Under the pieces are notes generated by a model that saw nothing but the letters and a program-made list of their open reading frames with translations, had not been told where the DNA came from and searched no databases. Positions 1 through 14,100 of a stretch of 64,000 nt of DNA are shown in pieces (position 1 is the stretch's first letter; each line of letters starts with the position of its first letter). The DNA comes from Tubulanus polymorphus (Eukaryota; Animalia; Nemertea). The stretch lies in the NCBI RefSeq assembly GCF_964204645.1, contig NC_134031.1, positions 20,715,910 through 20,779,909 on the forward strand. Reading direction: 5' to 3'. Both the position numbers and the translations under genes were made by a program.

Positions 1-979
1 TTATTAACAATGCATTTTTATGTACATGTATATACCGAATGGAGATGATCTAACTCTAATAGCAGTCTATATAGCGTGTAGGATGAAACCAAACCTGTAG
101 TCATTAGAAAAAGTATGCGTATATGTTATTTCTAACAAACTTTCAAATTATTTTTCTTGTTTTTATGATTGTGGGTTTGGTTTCATTTGTATCCAAAATA
201 GTTCTTTAGTTTTCTAAACTGCATGAAAAATCAGGACATCAAAACTTTAAAGTGTGCCTCCCGATTTACTGATATTGCGCAGCCATAGAATGGAAAATTC
301 CGAGGCCGTCACTGATTGAGAAGTCAGTCATATCTATTTGATGACTTGTTTCATCCTAAAAACTAATTGATATGACAGTAATGGAACTAAAATATCTGGC
401 CTGTTCATTTGAATACTTTATACATAAGATACCCCAAATAGGTAACAATCCATACATGGTACACATTTTCTGTTTCCGCAACAAAAAGATATCTACATTA
501 CTGACCTAAAATACATGTAGTAACAAAATCTCTATTCCACATTCTCTAAATGCCTCGATGAAACAGACATCACATCTAACGAGTAAAACCATTAAACAAT
601 TCGATAATCAATAATATCTAATGTAAGTGGTGTATAAATATCAAATTTGGCACAAAATGAAAATCCAATTCAAAATGATTTATACGGACTCCATCAGTGG
701 AATCATTTTTACACATATTGTCTGATAACGATGAGTGATATCAGAGTTGAATGCTATAAGATCCACATGGCGTACATAGGGTCAGAGTTGAATAGCAATT
801 GGTCCAAAATAATTCAAATTAAATGGGTTTTACTGTAATAAGAATTGACTTACACCTTTCAACTCGGTAATCAACACGCTTTCCAGATTTTGTTGTAAAA
901 CTGACCGTGAATAATGAATTCATCCCACCTTTTTATTTATGGCCGGAATAAGTGCTGGCGTCAAAATGACAAAACCCAA

Positions 980-1210
980 TGGGGCTTGTTTATACCACTG
1001 TGGCAAGTGAGGATCCAACCAGGTTGATGATCAGCTGATTGAAGCAACATCATTGAATCCCATATCAAACATTAGCAAAGTCAATCTTCAACTTTTTTTA
1101 GCGACTTCTTCCATAATAAGTCAATTTTGAGAGCCTTAAAATTCAGTTCAAAGTCGACTCAAAATGAATGAATAAGATTGACTATGCCACCTGGATTAGA
1201 ACAAGCCCTG
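980..1210. mobile_element. MITE-like family 1 (related copies at ~5780-6075, ~26220-26460, partial ~15950-16100)
   Basis: Ends GGGCTTGTT...AACAAGCCC; shared internal motifs ACTGTGGCAAGT(G/A)AGGAT..CCAGG and AGCCTTAAAATTCAGTTCAAA. Confidence 0.6.
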
Positions 1211-2130
1211 TTATTATAACCTATGAAAATGTATAGACAACACAATGAATCCAATAATAAGGATATGATCGCAAAAATAGCTCATGAATTCATAACCAAG
1301 TTTAACCAAACATATATTATCCGTGTATATGTACACAACACCTTTGAATTATCATTGGTAAAAATGATGAATCTTCAAAAAGCCATTGAAAAATAATGTC
1401 CTATCCTACTAAGAATTTGGATATTTTCAATACATTTGGACCAAAAGAAACATGAAAAGAAACTTTCACAGAATTACAGAATCGAGTAAGATTTGGCGTA
1501 CCGGTATTTATTGTCATAAATATGTTGGCATCAAGCGAGCATTGGTACCTAACGGGTTGGCATTATAGCCAACTTTGACTGAAGTAGTCTTTGTAACAAC
1601 CTGAACAGTTCATAAGCCACTTGCTCTTCCCAGTCTCTACTTGTCCTCCCTCAACAGGGATTCAAACCTGATGGCATCGCAACATTCGGCATGGCACGAA
1701 ACCATATCTGATTAGGTTTGCAGCACAAAAATATGCAGGGCCAATCAGATTGCCTGTTAATAAGTCGTTGAGGCAAGTTTCATGGATATATCTATAAATG
1801 GAATAACCCGGGCTGAAATAAAACGGGATATCTGATTGGCTAATCAAGTTATCATCTAAGCTGCATACCGATACACTAGAGCTGATCAGACAGGGTTCTG
1901 TGTCGATGCAATCAGATTCGAATCTCTGCCTAGGAACGATGGATCGAACCCGAATCTCTGCCTAGGAACAATGGATCGAACCCGACTACCCCTATAAATA
2001 TCTCTGTATAATACAATAAATACAATATTTACAATTAGTGTGACTAGAATAACCATTGCACAGTGTAGTTTCATGACAACGATCTTCCTCCATTGTTGCC
2101 ATGACGATGGTTTTAACCATTTCACAGTTG

Positions 2131-5100
2131 TCACGTCAACGATTTACGAGGCGTTAATTTGTTTTTTCCTTTTTTCGTTTTCGAGGGCGTTGTTTCATTT
2201 TCCGCAGATTTCTTACGCACGACGAAAGTCAAATCGGCGGTATTGTTCATCGCGTAAAACACATTCGAACACGGTGGAATGGCTAGTTCTGAAAAAAAAA
2301 CAAATCCAGGGATCAGAGAATATGAAACATGAAACGGGTCTAAGGGACCAAGGGAGATAAGGGACTTTTATCAATAAATTCATCATTTTTCAGAAGTTGT
2401 AGAGTTACATATACAGATATCAATACAACAGAGGTCATTCATTTATTAAGTACGCATTAGGGGAGGCGGAGGGGTCAGTGAAATGGCGTACTGTAATGCT
2501 TAATGTATATGAAAAAATGGCCGATTTTGCGTACAGAGGGGGAGGGGGTAGAAAAATTCAAATTTCATGCGTACGTAATAAATTAATGCTCCCACAACTA
2601 TTAATTAACACAGTGAATTTAAGTGGAATTGGCTTTTGCTTTATGATTAACTGCTTTTTCCAGGGCGCAGTTCCAAAGAAGTTTGAGTATATCTACTGAA
2701 AGCCACTGTACTCAGGTGGAGTGTGAAAGATACTCAGTATGTACAGCGGCTAACTCCAATGACTTTTGACTTACTCGCACAAAAACTAAATCTTTTTTCT
2801 GACTTTCTTACGTACTTTCCTATCAATAACTCGGACTTTGCTTATGGCAGACCAATTTTGCTGGTCCCATTTGCCTGAGTTAGGCGAGGTTAACTGTAAA
2901 TAGCCATGGAGGGATATAGAAAAGAATGATTGAAGTTTAACGTTAAAAGACTGACATACCTCTATCAGGAAGTATCTGCGCGATACAGTAATCATCCGCG
3001 CAGACCTGGTCATGTAGATCATATTTCTCAAAAACTCTTTTAATCACAGATGATGTATGATCACAGTTAGTCAACTGAAAAAAATAGAACAATCAAAACA
3101 TCGTCATATTTTCAGAAAGAGAAAGTTTTTACCGTGGGTATACGTAATTGATTGTTTTAGATCCCTCAACAAATGATGACGATGGCTATTAGTTTATAGC
3201 TCGAAACATCGCTCGAAATACAGTTACTCAAGAACTTTACATATTTTGTTGAAATTATTGTGGGGTTTCGTACGTAAAGGTTGATACTGTTTTAAGACGA
3301 GAAGATACACAATATCCGTGTATGATGATAACGAGAGAAATCCCACAATAACGAAGCCAAGATTGAAAAATTCTATATCAGAATGATTATATTTGAGGAG
3401 CGATGTTTCAGCTAACAACTGTTAGCCATCATCAGGCGTCCTCATGATGGCTTACTCAATGGTTTTCTCGTAATACGTACCAAAATGCCTTTATAGAGAC
3501 TGGTGCACGGCGTAGAGAAACCTTCTAATCGCACTTTAATTATACACGTATCAGTCGCTTTAGGATCTTGTGATTCTAACGAATTCATCGATACGGAATG
3601 TTGAATCTAAAACGATACGAAATCACCTCAATCTTCAATGAATATCAGATGAAGCCACGGAATTGAATATCGTATATTATCTTAATTCCCGGGGAAGGTG
3701 TAAACAGAGACATTCCGGACTTTGGAAGAAAATTTTCAGGGATTAAAATTGTAAATAATGTTTGTATTGGTAAAAAAGAGGTCAATAGAAATACGAGTAC
3801 ACTCGTAGTCGGCTGCGAACGTGTTAAGGTATACCCTGGTAGACTTACTGGTCGTTTAACTTTAGGTGACGGAGAACTTGAGTTCGTACTGCTTAAACTC
3901 ATCCTATCGTCTGATCCATACGGCGATGATGGCACCGACAAGTTCTCAGCTGACGATCTCCGCGACAACGATAGAAAACTACAAGATAAAAGAATAGAAT
4001 TCGAAACTGATGAGGATCCTGAAATAAATTCTTCCAATCAAATTGATCATTATCAGACATTTGACCTTTACGACTATTGCATAATCTTAGGATCAACCGA
4101 ATATACTCTAACATAAGGGCTGATCCAAATAGTAGTAAGACATAAGAATTTACTTGTCAGAGTTTCTAATGTAACATACACTGCAACATCCATTTACTTT
4201 TTATTCTCAACAGCTTTCCAGGTTAAGCCTAGCAAGTACACAGCAAAAGAAACATTGAAACAAGAAACAGATTGTGTTCACGTCATGTTTAGTTCACCCA
4301 CTCTATGACAGCAGTGAAACAAGAAACTGATTGGTTGTGTCTGTGTTTCTTGTGTTCATAGACATGCAGAGCAATTAAAAATTGAAAAACAGTTTTACTA
4401 AATAATGTTTCTTGTTTCGGAGCACTCGACAGAGTCAGCAAACAAAATAGAAAAATGTTTCCGTTTCATGTTTATCATGCTGTATGAGCTATAGACTTGA
4501 AAACATCAAATTGGTGTTTATTTTACAGTTCTTCCTAATGAAAGCTTCTGCAAGCAAGAATAGCATTTTATGAGCTGGTCTTTAGGCAGTGAGGCAAGGA
4601 GCATTAGGCATGTTTCGAGAACTCGGATGCTATCGATGCGTCAAAGCATTTGTCTCGAGTATGAATAAGTTATTCTTCAGTGTGTTAGAAAATGCACATA
4701 ATCAGTTACACATAAGTTAAAACAAAATAATCTGACAGTAGAATTAGAAAGAATTTCACCATGAAGAATTGATTCTTGGATGAATAATGGCTTTTGCGCT
4801 GAATTTACAGAGACATCAATGAAGCTAAAACTATCTTCTCACGAAATATGTACGTATAAATTTCAGTGAAGCTAAATTCATTTTTGAGAAATATATAAAT
4901 ATATTCAATTCATTCATGCGATGAAGAAATATCTCTACCATTCGCAGGGATTCAAACCAGATGATATATTATCAAGATTGTTCTCTCTTGTGTGGCAAAT
5001 TTTTTCCGAAATAAGACGAATGTAGAAAATCTATGATTCCTGCAAATGGGAGGATAATCAATGATTGTGATGATGATGATAGTGGTTGTAGTTAATTCTA

Positions 5101-8100
5101 AAACATTTACCAATTTATCGTGTACGTCAAAGTGTACATTTATATACAACAGTGCTCTCCCTTTTTTCAACGAAAATGAAGAATGATTTTTTTCGAAAAT
5201 ATATGAGAAAGACTTGTTTAAAACACGTTTTAACGATGAGAAATTAACTGTTTTGAATTGTCACGTATGTACATATGTGTTACTGATGAGAAATGATGAA
5301 CAGGCAACAAGATTTTTCTCCGCAGTGTTTTACAGTATAGAGATCTTGCAGCCATTTGTGTTTTTCACGTCAACATATCGGGATACGTTTAATACCAGTT
5401 TATAAAACCAGCCCCAGTAAAATAAATCTTAGTATAATACCCCAGCTTGAGAGGTTAACTGAGTAACGCGGGGTCTACTGAGAATCTTCATTTTACCGGG
5501 TAGGTTTGGGAATGATATGAGCAATAAACTGTGTAAGGCAGAGTGAATCCAAAAACTAGTGGGGATGACACGAGTTTTCCGACCAACACGGCTTCATAAA
5601 TAAACCATAACATCACATGTGCAAGATCTCTATAGTGCGTTCAGAAATACGTACCAGCAGCATCTTAATATCAGCAATACCCAACTGAATGAACACGATT
5701 ACGCAAGGTTTTATTCAATTCATCGAATTTCCCAAAAAAAAATTACCGACAGAAATTAGATGTGACAAGCCTTTATAAATCAATGGGGCACCAGCAATTC
5801 TACTGTGGCAGGTAAGGATTCCCCCAGGTTCGCTAATAGCACTAGGTTACCACGCTTCAATTTTAATTTCTTCTTCATTTTCTCATTAATTTTCAGTGAA
5901 ATTCATACCAAACATTGAGTGAGATATCGTATCTTTTTGATGACAACTTGTTCGATAATTTTTAGATTTGGAAGCCTTAAAATTCAAGTTCAAATTTCAT
6001 CGAAAATGAATTGATTTTCACTACGAATGACCCAGTGCTTTGTGGTGCCATCTAGTGAGTGCTGGTATCCCATTCAGTCAAAATCATAGAAGTCATCACA
6101 GTTGATATTGTTCATTGCATCGACGACTTATCCAACTTAGTTGAGTAGTAAATGGGACTCCAAAATTGACTTGAGATGTAACGACTTCAGTGAATTTGAC
6201 TGTACTACTGCATCTGCAAAGGCCACATAAATCTGTCGACAAATATATTCAATTTGAGCCTCTGTACTCACCTTGGTTTTTTCTTCAAAGAAAGGGATTC
6301 CAGTTGACACGATAACTCATGACTGCAAAATAATAACGATAAGCTTGAATATACTGGTATTACGACATATTTGCCTGCACATATCAATTAAGACCTGAAG
6401 TACAGTAAATCTCCAGCTATATCTTGATAATTTGGTAGATTTGATTTGGTGTCCCTAACAAATCAACCACATCTGCCGGCAGTGAAACAGGGGTTTGACC
6501 TTAAGATTGGAAATTGAAATACTTGCATATATAGTTGGGTTATTGGTTGAATTTAGAGATTGTTTTATCACATGCAGATTTTTAGCTGGGAGCCTAGGGT
6601 CAGTGTGCACATTACCGTAAGTTTCAAAGGGTTAAGTACGATCAAACTGCATAAATAGCCTACTTTTGATAAGATGAAATTAAGCTGATCAGAATGTAGC
6701 ACGTTTCTATCACATTTCATTATGATTACCTTTCTTTCTCATTGAACACAGCTATTGAATCGAACCATTCGTGAAACCGTGGATCCGGCTGAATGCTGTA
6801 CGTTCCAGCTGCCGATTTCAACAACTTAATCATCGCGATTATCTCAAACTCTTTCTTTTTCTTATCGAAATTAATCAGCCCATTTTCCGTATAATCCGGT
6901 ATTGCTGTATCGAGATAAGTGAGATCACGTAAAAACGTCCCTAAATACGGCACCGTTCCTTGTATTTGACCCTGAAATAAGAATATTTTATAAACATGCT
7001 GTTTAATAACCATGAAATATGAATGTTTTAATGCTTTCGTTTAGGGTATCAGGGTCAGTGTACTGTAATAACCATGATGATTTTAGTGAGAATGGCACCG
7101 GGAAGTTTTGTAGCTGATGAAAATCATTTCATTACTCACCAAATCATACCATGATTTCCTTCTTTGAGAACCTTTACGTCGTAACCTCAACGTACCACTA
7201 CCTTCAGAAGCATTCGCAAATTTTGCTGTACCTTCCTATTAAAATACATAATGAAATACTTAGATACATACGTGTGTACTTTAGTGGTCTACTCTAGAAA
7301 GTTGATGGGGGTTTATCTCTACATACTTTCATGAGAAGTGTTCGGCAGCTGATTTGATTGTTATCCTCGGAAAATATCGCCGATAATTCATCAAATAACA
7401 CTTGATATTCTCTGAAAAAGAAGACTCTTTATGAAACTCGAACAGTATGAAAACAAAGAAAGGTTTTTGACAATCTTATCTTCAGGAACAAAGGCTAGAT
7501 ACTAGACTAGAACTTTCAAAAATGCACTCAAGTATCAAATCTTAGAAACTTAGAAAATTTTTCATTTAAAATTCTCACTTACTTCGGGACTAGAGACCAT
7601 GTTTTCTTCAACCGATAAATCGGGTTCGATTGTAACCCGCTGACTATTGCGTTTAAAGATGAGAAGTTCTTCAGCTCTCGAAGTTCCTGAAAATGTTGAG
7701 ACCAAACATTAAAAGCAGTCCTCCCACTGTGTACATACCGGGTAATACATAAAACCTCGGTTGAGGTGCCTATATTCATTATCAGGGAGGCCACTTTCCG
7801 ACTACAAATTCCCTAATTTTTCCATGTTTTGACACGAAATTCCCTGAGTGAATCAGCGTCAAGGAGTCAATGGAGTCTGAATATGGGACTCTTATGAATG
7901 AGTGGATGGCCAGACACTGATCAGTATTATCTTTACTTTATTGAGTGAATCTAAATCTAAATCGCTACTAATTTAAATGTCATCCATCTGTAAAATGTCT
8001 CCTCCTCACCGCGCGCGCAGACGGCGATTGCGTAATTAAATCGGCTGATTTAAGAGTCAATCAAACCGGTTGCAAGCACTCCACTCGTTGGCTATAACGC

Positions 8101-11100
8101 TCTGAAGAGTCTTCATCTCTCCAAACGAGCCAGCGAAATTATTGAACCAATCAAATATTCATGCGCAATAAAGCCCCATTATTTATCGGGATCAGTGTCG
8201 TCTGATGAAATTCATCCGGAGAATTCGACGGTTTAAAGGTCTTCTAGATATCATAGAAAATCGTCTGGCTATTTAGATAGATATCTTATTGATATTCTGC
8301 CTCGAGCACTGGCAATAATCCCACAGATACCTAAGAGGCCACTTTCCGCCCCATTTACAAAATCCCTGTCTTAGTCCCTGAATATTCCATTTCATAACAC
8401 AAAATTCCCTCAGTGAATCTGCAGCAGGTGAAAGGAAAAATTCCCCGAGCGAATCTGCTGCAGATAGAAATATTTCTTGGTTTATGTGGGATGTTACAAT
8501 TTATTCACTATTTCTGTGAATCAAGAAATGGTCCAAGGTCTCTGGAGGGCAAGCCGAGTCTTCTGTATCATCATCGACAATATTATTGTACACAATTTCT
8601 TGATTACAAACCCTTGCGATGTCGATCCACTTGGTGATGGCTTTAGCTCGATGCGACGCTTTATGACTGTTAGTTACTGTAAGTATAGTAGATATGACCC
8701 GATACGATACGGCGTTAAACTGGTCGATTGTCGCGAGAATCGTCTTCGTATCGGCATCTTTGTGTTTCATACGTTTCGACCAAACCCCGCCAAGACAGTG
8801 GTGAGGTACTATTTTTCTGAACAGCTCCTGAAAGAAATTTAGACGAGAAAACTTGTTTGAAAGTTAATCGATGCCTTAAAAATTAACACATTTATTGTTT
8901 CTGCTGATAAAGCGCGTTTCTAATTGCTTCGATTAAGGTTCCATCGCCCAAAAAATCCCGAACTATGAGAGATAAATTCTTGAACTATCACGTATGAACT
9001 ATCACGTACTTGACAGCCATTTCCCACCTCAATTATATCTTCATTTTTTCTCCCTGGGTGCCCCGTATTTTTGGGTCAGAATATACATTATCCGATTAAT
9101 AAAAAGAGGCTGCTATTTCTGAAAGTTATTTCATGAAATTTGAAGATGTATTGATGATAACAAGAGCCATTAGTTGTCAAATCAAACAGAATGTCGAAAA
9201 CACTTTATCGCGCACATATAAACTCGTACCACTTCATAAATAAGTCTCCAGTGAAGTGATTCCATAAAATTTCATGCTTTCACAGTTGATGGCACTTATT
9301 TTATGAAATTCTAAATTCTAACGATATTGATATCCGGGTTTGACTACTTATACAGTGTTGTCAGCAGGTCAATGAACACAAGTTGTGGAGAGGCAGATCC
9401 ACAGGTTTTACCGGAGACTTCCATAAGTCGCTCAAAATTTTGAGTGCTCCATTTATTTGAAAGCATTTTTTTTGTCTTAAATGCAATTTCTGTAAACGAC
9501 GGCTTAATTTTGTAAAAGATTCCGGAAGGGTTTCAGAATGAGACTGCTGGCATGCCCTTTTCTTTGCCCGGAAAATAAGTATGACCCGCAAATGTACGTA
9601 GCCCCTGGATCTCTGGTCCTATTGAGTCTAGTTAGAGGGTGTGATATACCTAGCTGATTGAACGGTAATTTCATCAATCGTAGACTGACAAATTACCTTA
9701 ATCAAATGATGATTCGAGCAAGGTTTCAAGTTTTAATTACCCGAGACGGTCTATCGATAATGACGTTAGCTCAATCAAATCTGAGATTTCTAAAGTTCAT
9801 AAAGTTCAATCTGCTTGATTACAATGCTTGTTCCCTGCTACACGGATTATTAATGAGCTCTAGTGTGGAATGTATTGAGGAAATCAATTTGTTACAACAC
9901 AAAAATTTGATTAACTCCAAGCATCAAATTTTGCTGATGTAACACGCAATACATGCAACAATCAACGATAATTCAACAGATATCTGTCAGATGAACTCTG
10001 ATAGTCAGAATACTTACAGCATCTTTATAAGTAAGTTGTTCGGCCATGACCTCGTATGGAATAGTCATGAATTCATAACAATTAGAACTCGTTCGTATGT
10101 GTCCTCCAGCATCGTTACTCGGACAAAAATGAAATTTCACTTCAGAATCTGAAAAATATAGAAAATTAAAATGATAAATATCAAATATCATCACTGCTGC
10201 GTTTATAGTTGAATTATAGTGCGTTTATTAGTTGTTATGGCCGCGTGTAAACTACAATATAAACATAATACGATGCCTAAAAAACCAATAAAATACCAAT
10301 CAAACGAACAATCAAACGAAACCTGCTGCGACGACAACGCGTTCAATTTTTCTTCTATTTATTTTGCTATTTCTCCAGTGTATTATGAGTCACTGCGCAC
10401 CGTCGATCGTATTCACTCCTCGTAACCATAGCAACCAACTGTTGCTTCGTACAACAATTTGACAATTTGTCATTGGATAATTAAAACGAATTGACGTTAT
10501 TTCCTGATAATTGGTTATTTTTCTAAACAGTTTAATTAGTCTCGCGGGATATGAATTCTCTGATAAAGTGATTTGCGCAATTTTCGAAAAACACTTTTTA
10601 AAAAATTCTGCTAATTAAACGAGGCATCAGCAACGCTTCTGTAGTGAGCTGAAATCCATCAATTTCACAAGTGTATGAGCAACATACAAGTCGCGATCAC
10701 ACAAATGTTTTTGACATAAATGTTTTTGACAAGGGCTTAATCTGGCACTAAACCAATAGTTTACATTGATGTGACAGAGTGCGACTCATCAGTCACAACA
10801 ACAGTGCATTTCAGTAGCAACTGAAAGAGATAGTTATGTGTCAAAATATACGGCAGAAAGTAGAACATGTGCAACTCATAACGACTGGATGAGTACCGTA
10901 GGTTGATGGGTCCTTGGAGTAATATGATTACTCCAAGATGGGCTATAGCATCACAGGCAGTGGCAGTGAATCACGAGTTGCAAGCAGTCCTTACGCTGAC
11001 CCACATCCGGCTTAACTGACATATATAAACACAGGTCCTAACGGTGACCTATATAAACACGGGTCCTAACGGTGACCTATATAAACACGGGTCCTAACGG

Positions 11101-14100
11101 TGACCTATATAAACACAGGTCCTAACGGTGACCTATATAAACACAGGTCCTAACAGTGACCTATATAAACACAGGTCCTAACAGTGACCTATATAAACAC
11201 AGGTCCTAATGGTGACCTATATAAACACGGGTCCTAACAGTGACCTATATAAAGTCAGGTCCTAACGGTGACCTATATAAACACGGGTCCTAACAGTGAC
11301 CTATATAAACACGGGTCCTAACAGTGACCTATATAAACACGGGTCCTAACGGTGACCTATATAAACACGGGTCCTAACGGTGACCTATATAAACACAGGT
11401 CCTAACAGTGACCTATATAAACACGGGTCCCAGTGGTTTTAGAGTGAAAACTTACATCGCATCGGAATGTTTTCTTCGCGTTTGAATTTTTCAAGTCGTT
11501 GCTCGGCTCGGTGTCGTAGGTCGACATCTTTGCAGTCGTTGACAGCGAACTCGATTAGTTTATTCAAACTGGCGTAATGGGGCGGATCTCTGAAGTCATC
11601 CGCGTACGAGTCCAACCAGATATTTATCACGCCCCGATACGACTTGCGATGAGCTTCGCGTATTTCATTCTTCATTTCGACGTCTGAAAGTTTTCGATAC
11701 CTGAAATGAAATAAGTTTATTTGATAAATAAAGGCCACATCTTCGAGTTGATGGTTGAATATCTAGAACAGGATGGCCACCGACTTGCTTTTTCCCTGAC
11801 TATTCCCTGACATACACATTGTTTTCCCTGAAGAATTTAAGAATTCAATTGATTTAACCGTTTACTTTATTTACTTTAAACATCGACATCTTGACCGGAA
11901 TCTTTTCACAACTCTTCCCCTTCGCGCACTTGGAAGGCGTCGTTAACAATCCAGGGGGTAATGTTAGAGATTAACAGTTATTAAGTCTTAGTCATAAATT
12001 AGGCGAAAATTGAACTATGTTTACAGCAAATTCGATAACTAACAAGTCTCCAGTTAATGAAGTTGCTAATTTGCCAAGAGACGATTGTGACGTCAATCTG
12101 TCACAGACACTTTCTTGCAATGTTATCGTATCGAACCAGTTTTATTATCTTATCATGAACATTTAAAAGTCGACAGCTCAGTGTCTATACAGGAGTTCCC
12201 AACAACTGATAAAACAGGGGGCAGATTTAGGGGGTGGTTTTAGGGGTCCTGACACCTGCCTCTGTTATAATAGTTGTCCTAGGGGCGATTCCAGATGCCA
12301 ATTTTGAAGGGCTTGTCACATCTCAAAAAGGCACTTTGATGCCCAAAAGCAATCACACTGAAATACACCAATTATCTTTGTTGACAAAATGAAAAAAGGG
12401 CAAAATTTGATGGCCTTGATTGATATTTGATGAACTTGATTGATATTTGATGTACAAGTCTCATAAGTTCCCTGCCAAGATGAAAACCTGAAAGGGTCCT
12501 TTTCGTCAAGACAGAGATTGTTAAAAAAACCTGTAAATTTGACACTTCTTCAAACATACTCTATCGGCGCCTCCTCAGATGACCTTTCACGCAGCTGCTT
12601 TTTCCGACAAATGCCTTTTTCTTTAGGACTGCCAATTTTTCCCTAGATCCGCCTCCATAGAATATTTCCAAAAAAGTTTCTCGCCCGACAAACGTGTATT
12701 TATTCGAGGCGGCAGACATTTCTTACAAATACTTCGATATCTGATTTAAGTATACGTATGAGGTCTACATAAAACAAAAAGTTCAAGTGCTTTGAAAATC
12801 AGGGAACATAAATCCCTTATCTCTAAAAGACTAACCGCATTGTACTTCTGATGTAGCCACATAGACTGTCGGCTGATTCTATGCCGGATGATTGTTTTTA
12901 AAAAAGAATTAACAGTAATTTTGATAGCCTGTGGACACTAGAGATAAAGTTGATGATGAAATCTGGTACTCAGGAAGATTGGCTGTAGTTCAGCAGATGA
13001 CAGGCTGTGGCTGCGATCACACGGAGACAGCTGACCTGAATCACTCACCAGTTACTCAAATACGTTCAAAACGATGCTGTGGCAGGTGAGGTTAATCAAG
13101 CACGGGATGCAGGGAAACACAGAAACAGGAGACAGAAACATGTTTCCGAGCATTTTAAAGAATTTTCTAAATTTGAAGCGTATTGCAATTGACTGGTCGG
13201 ACACTGGTTACTGGAGAGCAGGGACACGAGAAGGGACACATGTGTGCGTAAACATGACACCCACTAGAGGGATGAACGACAGAGAGAATGGAATATGTCC
13301 AGGAAGGAAACATGATCTCAACAAAGAAGAAGCGCAGATAGAAGAGAAAGAAGAGCAGATTGAATTGTATATCAGTGATTTTTCTACATCATCCAAAATG
13401 TGTTTCTCCTCTTTATATGAATTCTCCACTAAAGGCATGCATGCCTTCTGTCTCTGTTTTCGTTCCCCATTCACATTTTTCCTCCCGTCATTTTCTCTTA
13501 TCTGCTGATTTCCACAATATCCCATCTCTATACAGAGACTGAGCTCTCTGATGGTGACATGGCTTGAATAGGGAATATACGTTTTAACTGATGAATATTC
13601 TACCTTTGATGTACGAAGCATAAGCAAAAAAGTTCCTTCATTGATTAGGCCACCATTCAGTAATAGGTTTTGGCTGCAGATCACTGATTTTGGCAAGAAC
13701 AGTCCAATAGTCTTTTCTGTTTGGACATCTGCCCGTATACATCAGGAATGACATCTAGGTCTTCTGTATTTTAAATGATGGGTTAAATGGTTATATAACC
13801 CATCTGCTTAACAAAATTCTCATTAGCCACACGATCACACGGGTCAGACTGGCCCGAACCGGGCCCATGTCAAATTTGGCCCGTGCGTAATGAGAGAATA
13901 CGTTCACACATACATCACTGGCTCCTCCCTAAAATACTATCGAAACCATGCAGTGGCAAGTGAGGTGAGATCAACCTTAGATCCGAGCTAGAACCCGACA
14001 CAGGCTCGGTCGGGCCTAATTTGGCCCTCACCAAACGGGCACGGACCCATTTGGCACCAGCGTGATGGTCAAACCTAATCTGACTCGGGCCAACAACGTT

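Noticed and set aside
2816-2893. Possible extra RGL exon (LTSPNSGKW..)
   Set aside because: The flanking intron is phase 1, and in that phase the segment hits a stop; exons 2960-3074 and 2131-2288 already join to complete the RA domain.
6095-6213. Possible alternative terminal RGL exon that would remove the RA domain
   Set aside because: The frame is open for ~39 codons after a tttgcag acceptor, but it needs a 58-nt intron and has no other support; could be chance.
13074-13696. Overlapping 144- and 162-aa ORFs
   Set aside because: Low-complexity, purine-rich, repeat-derived intronic sequence with no recognisable domain.
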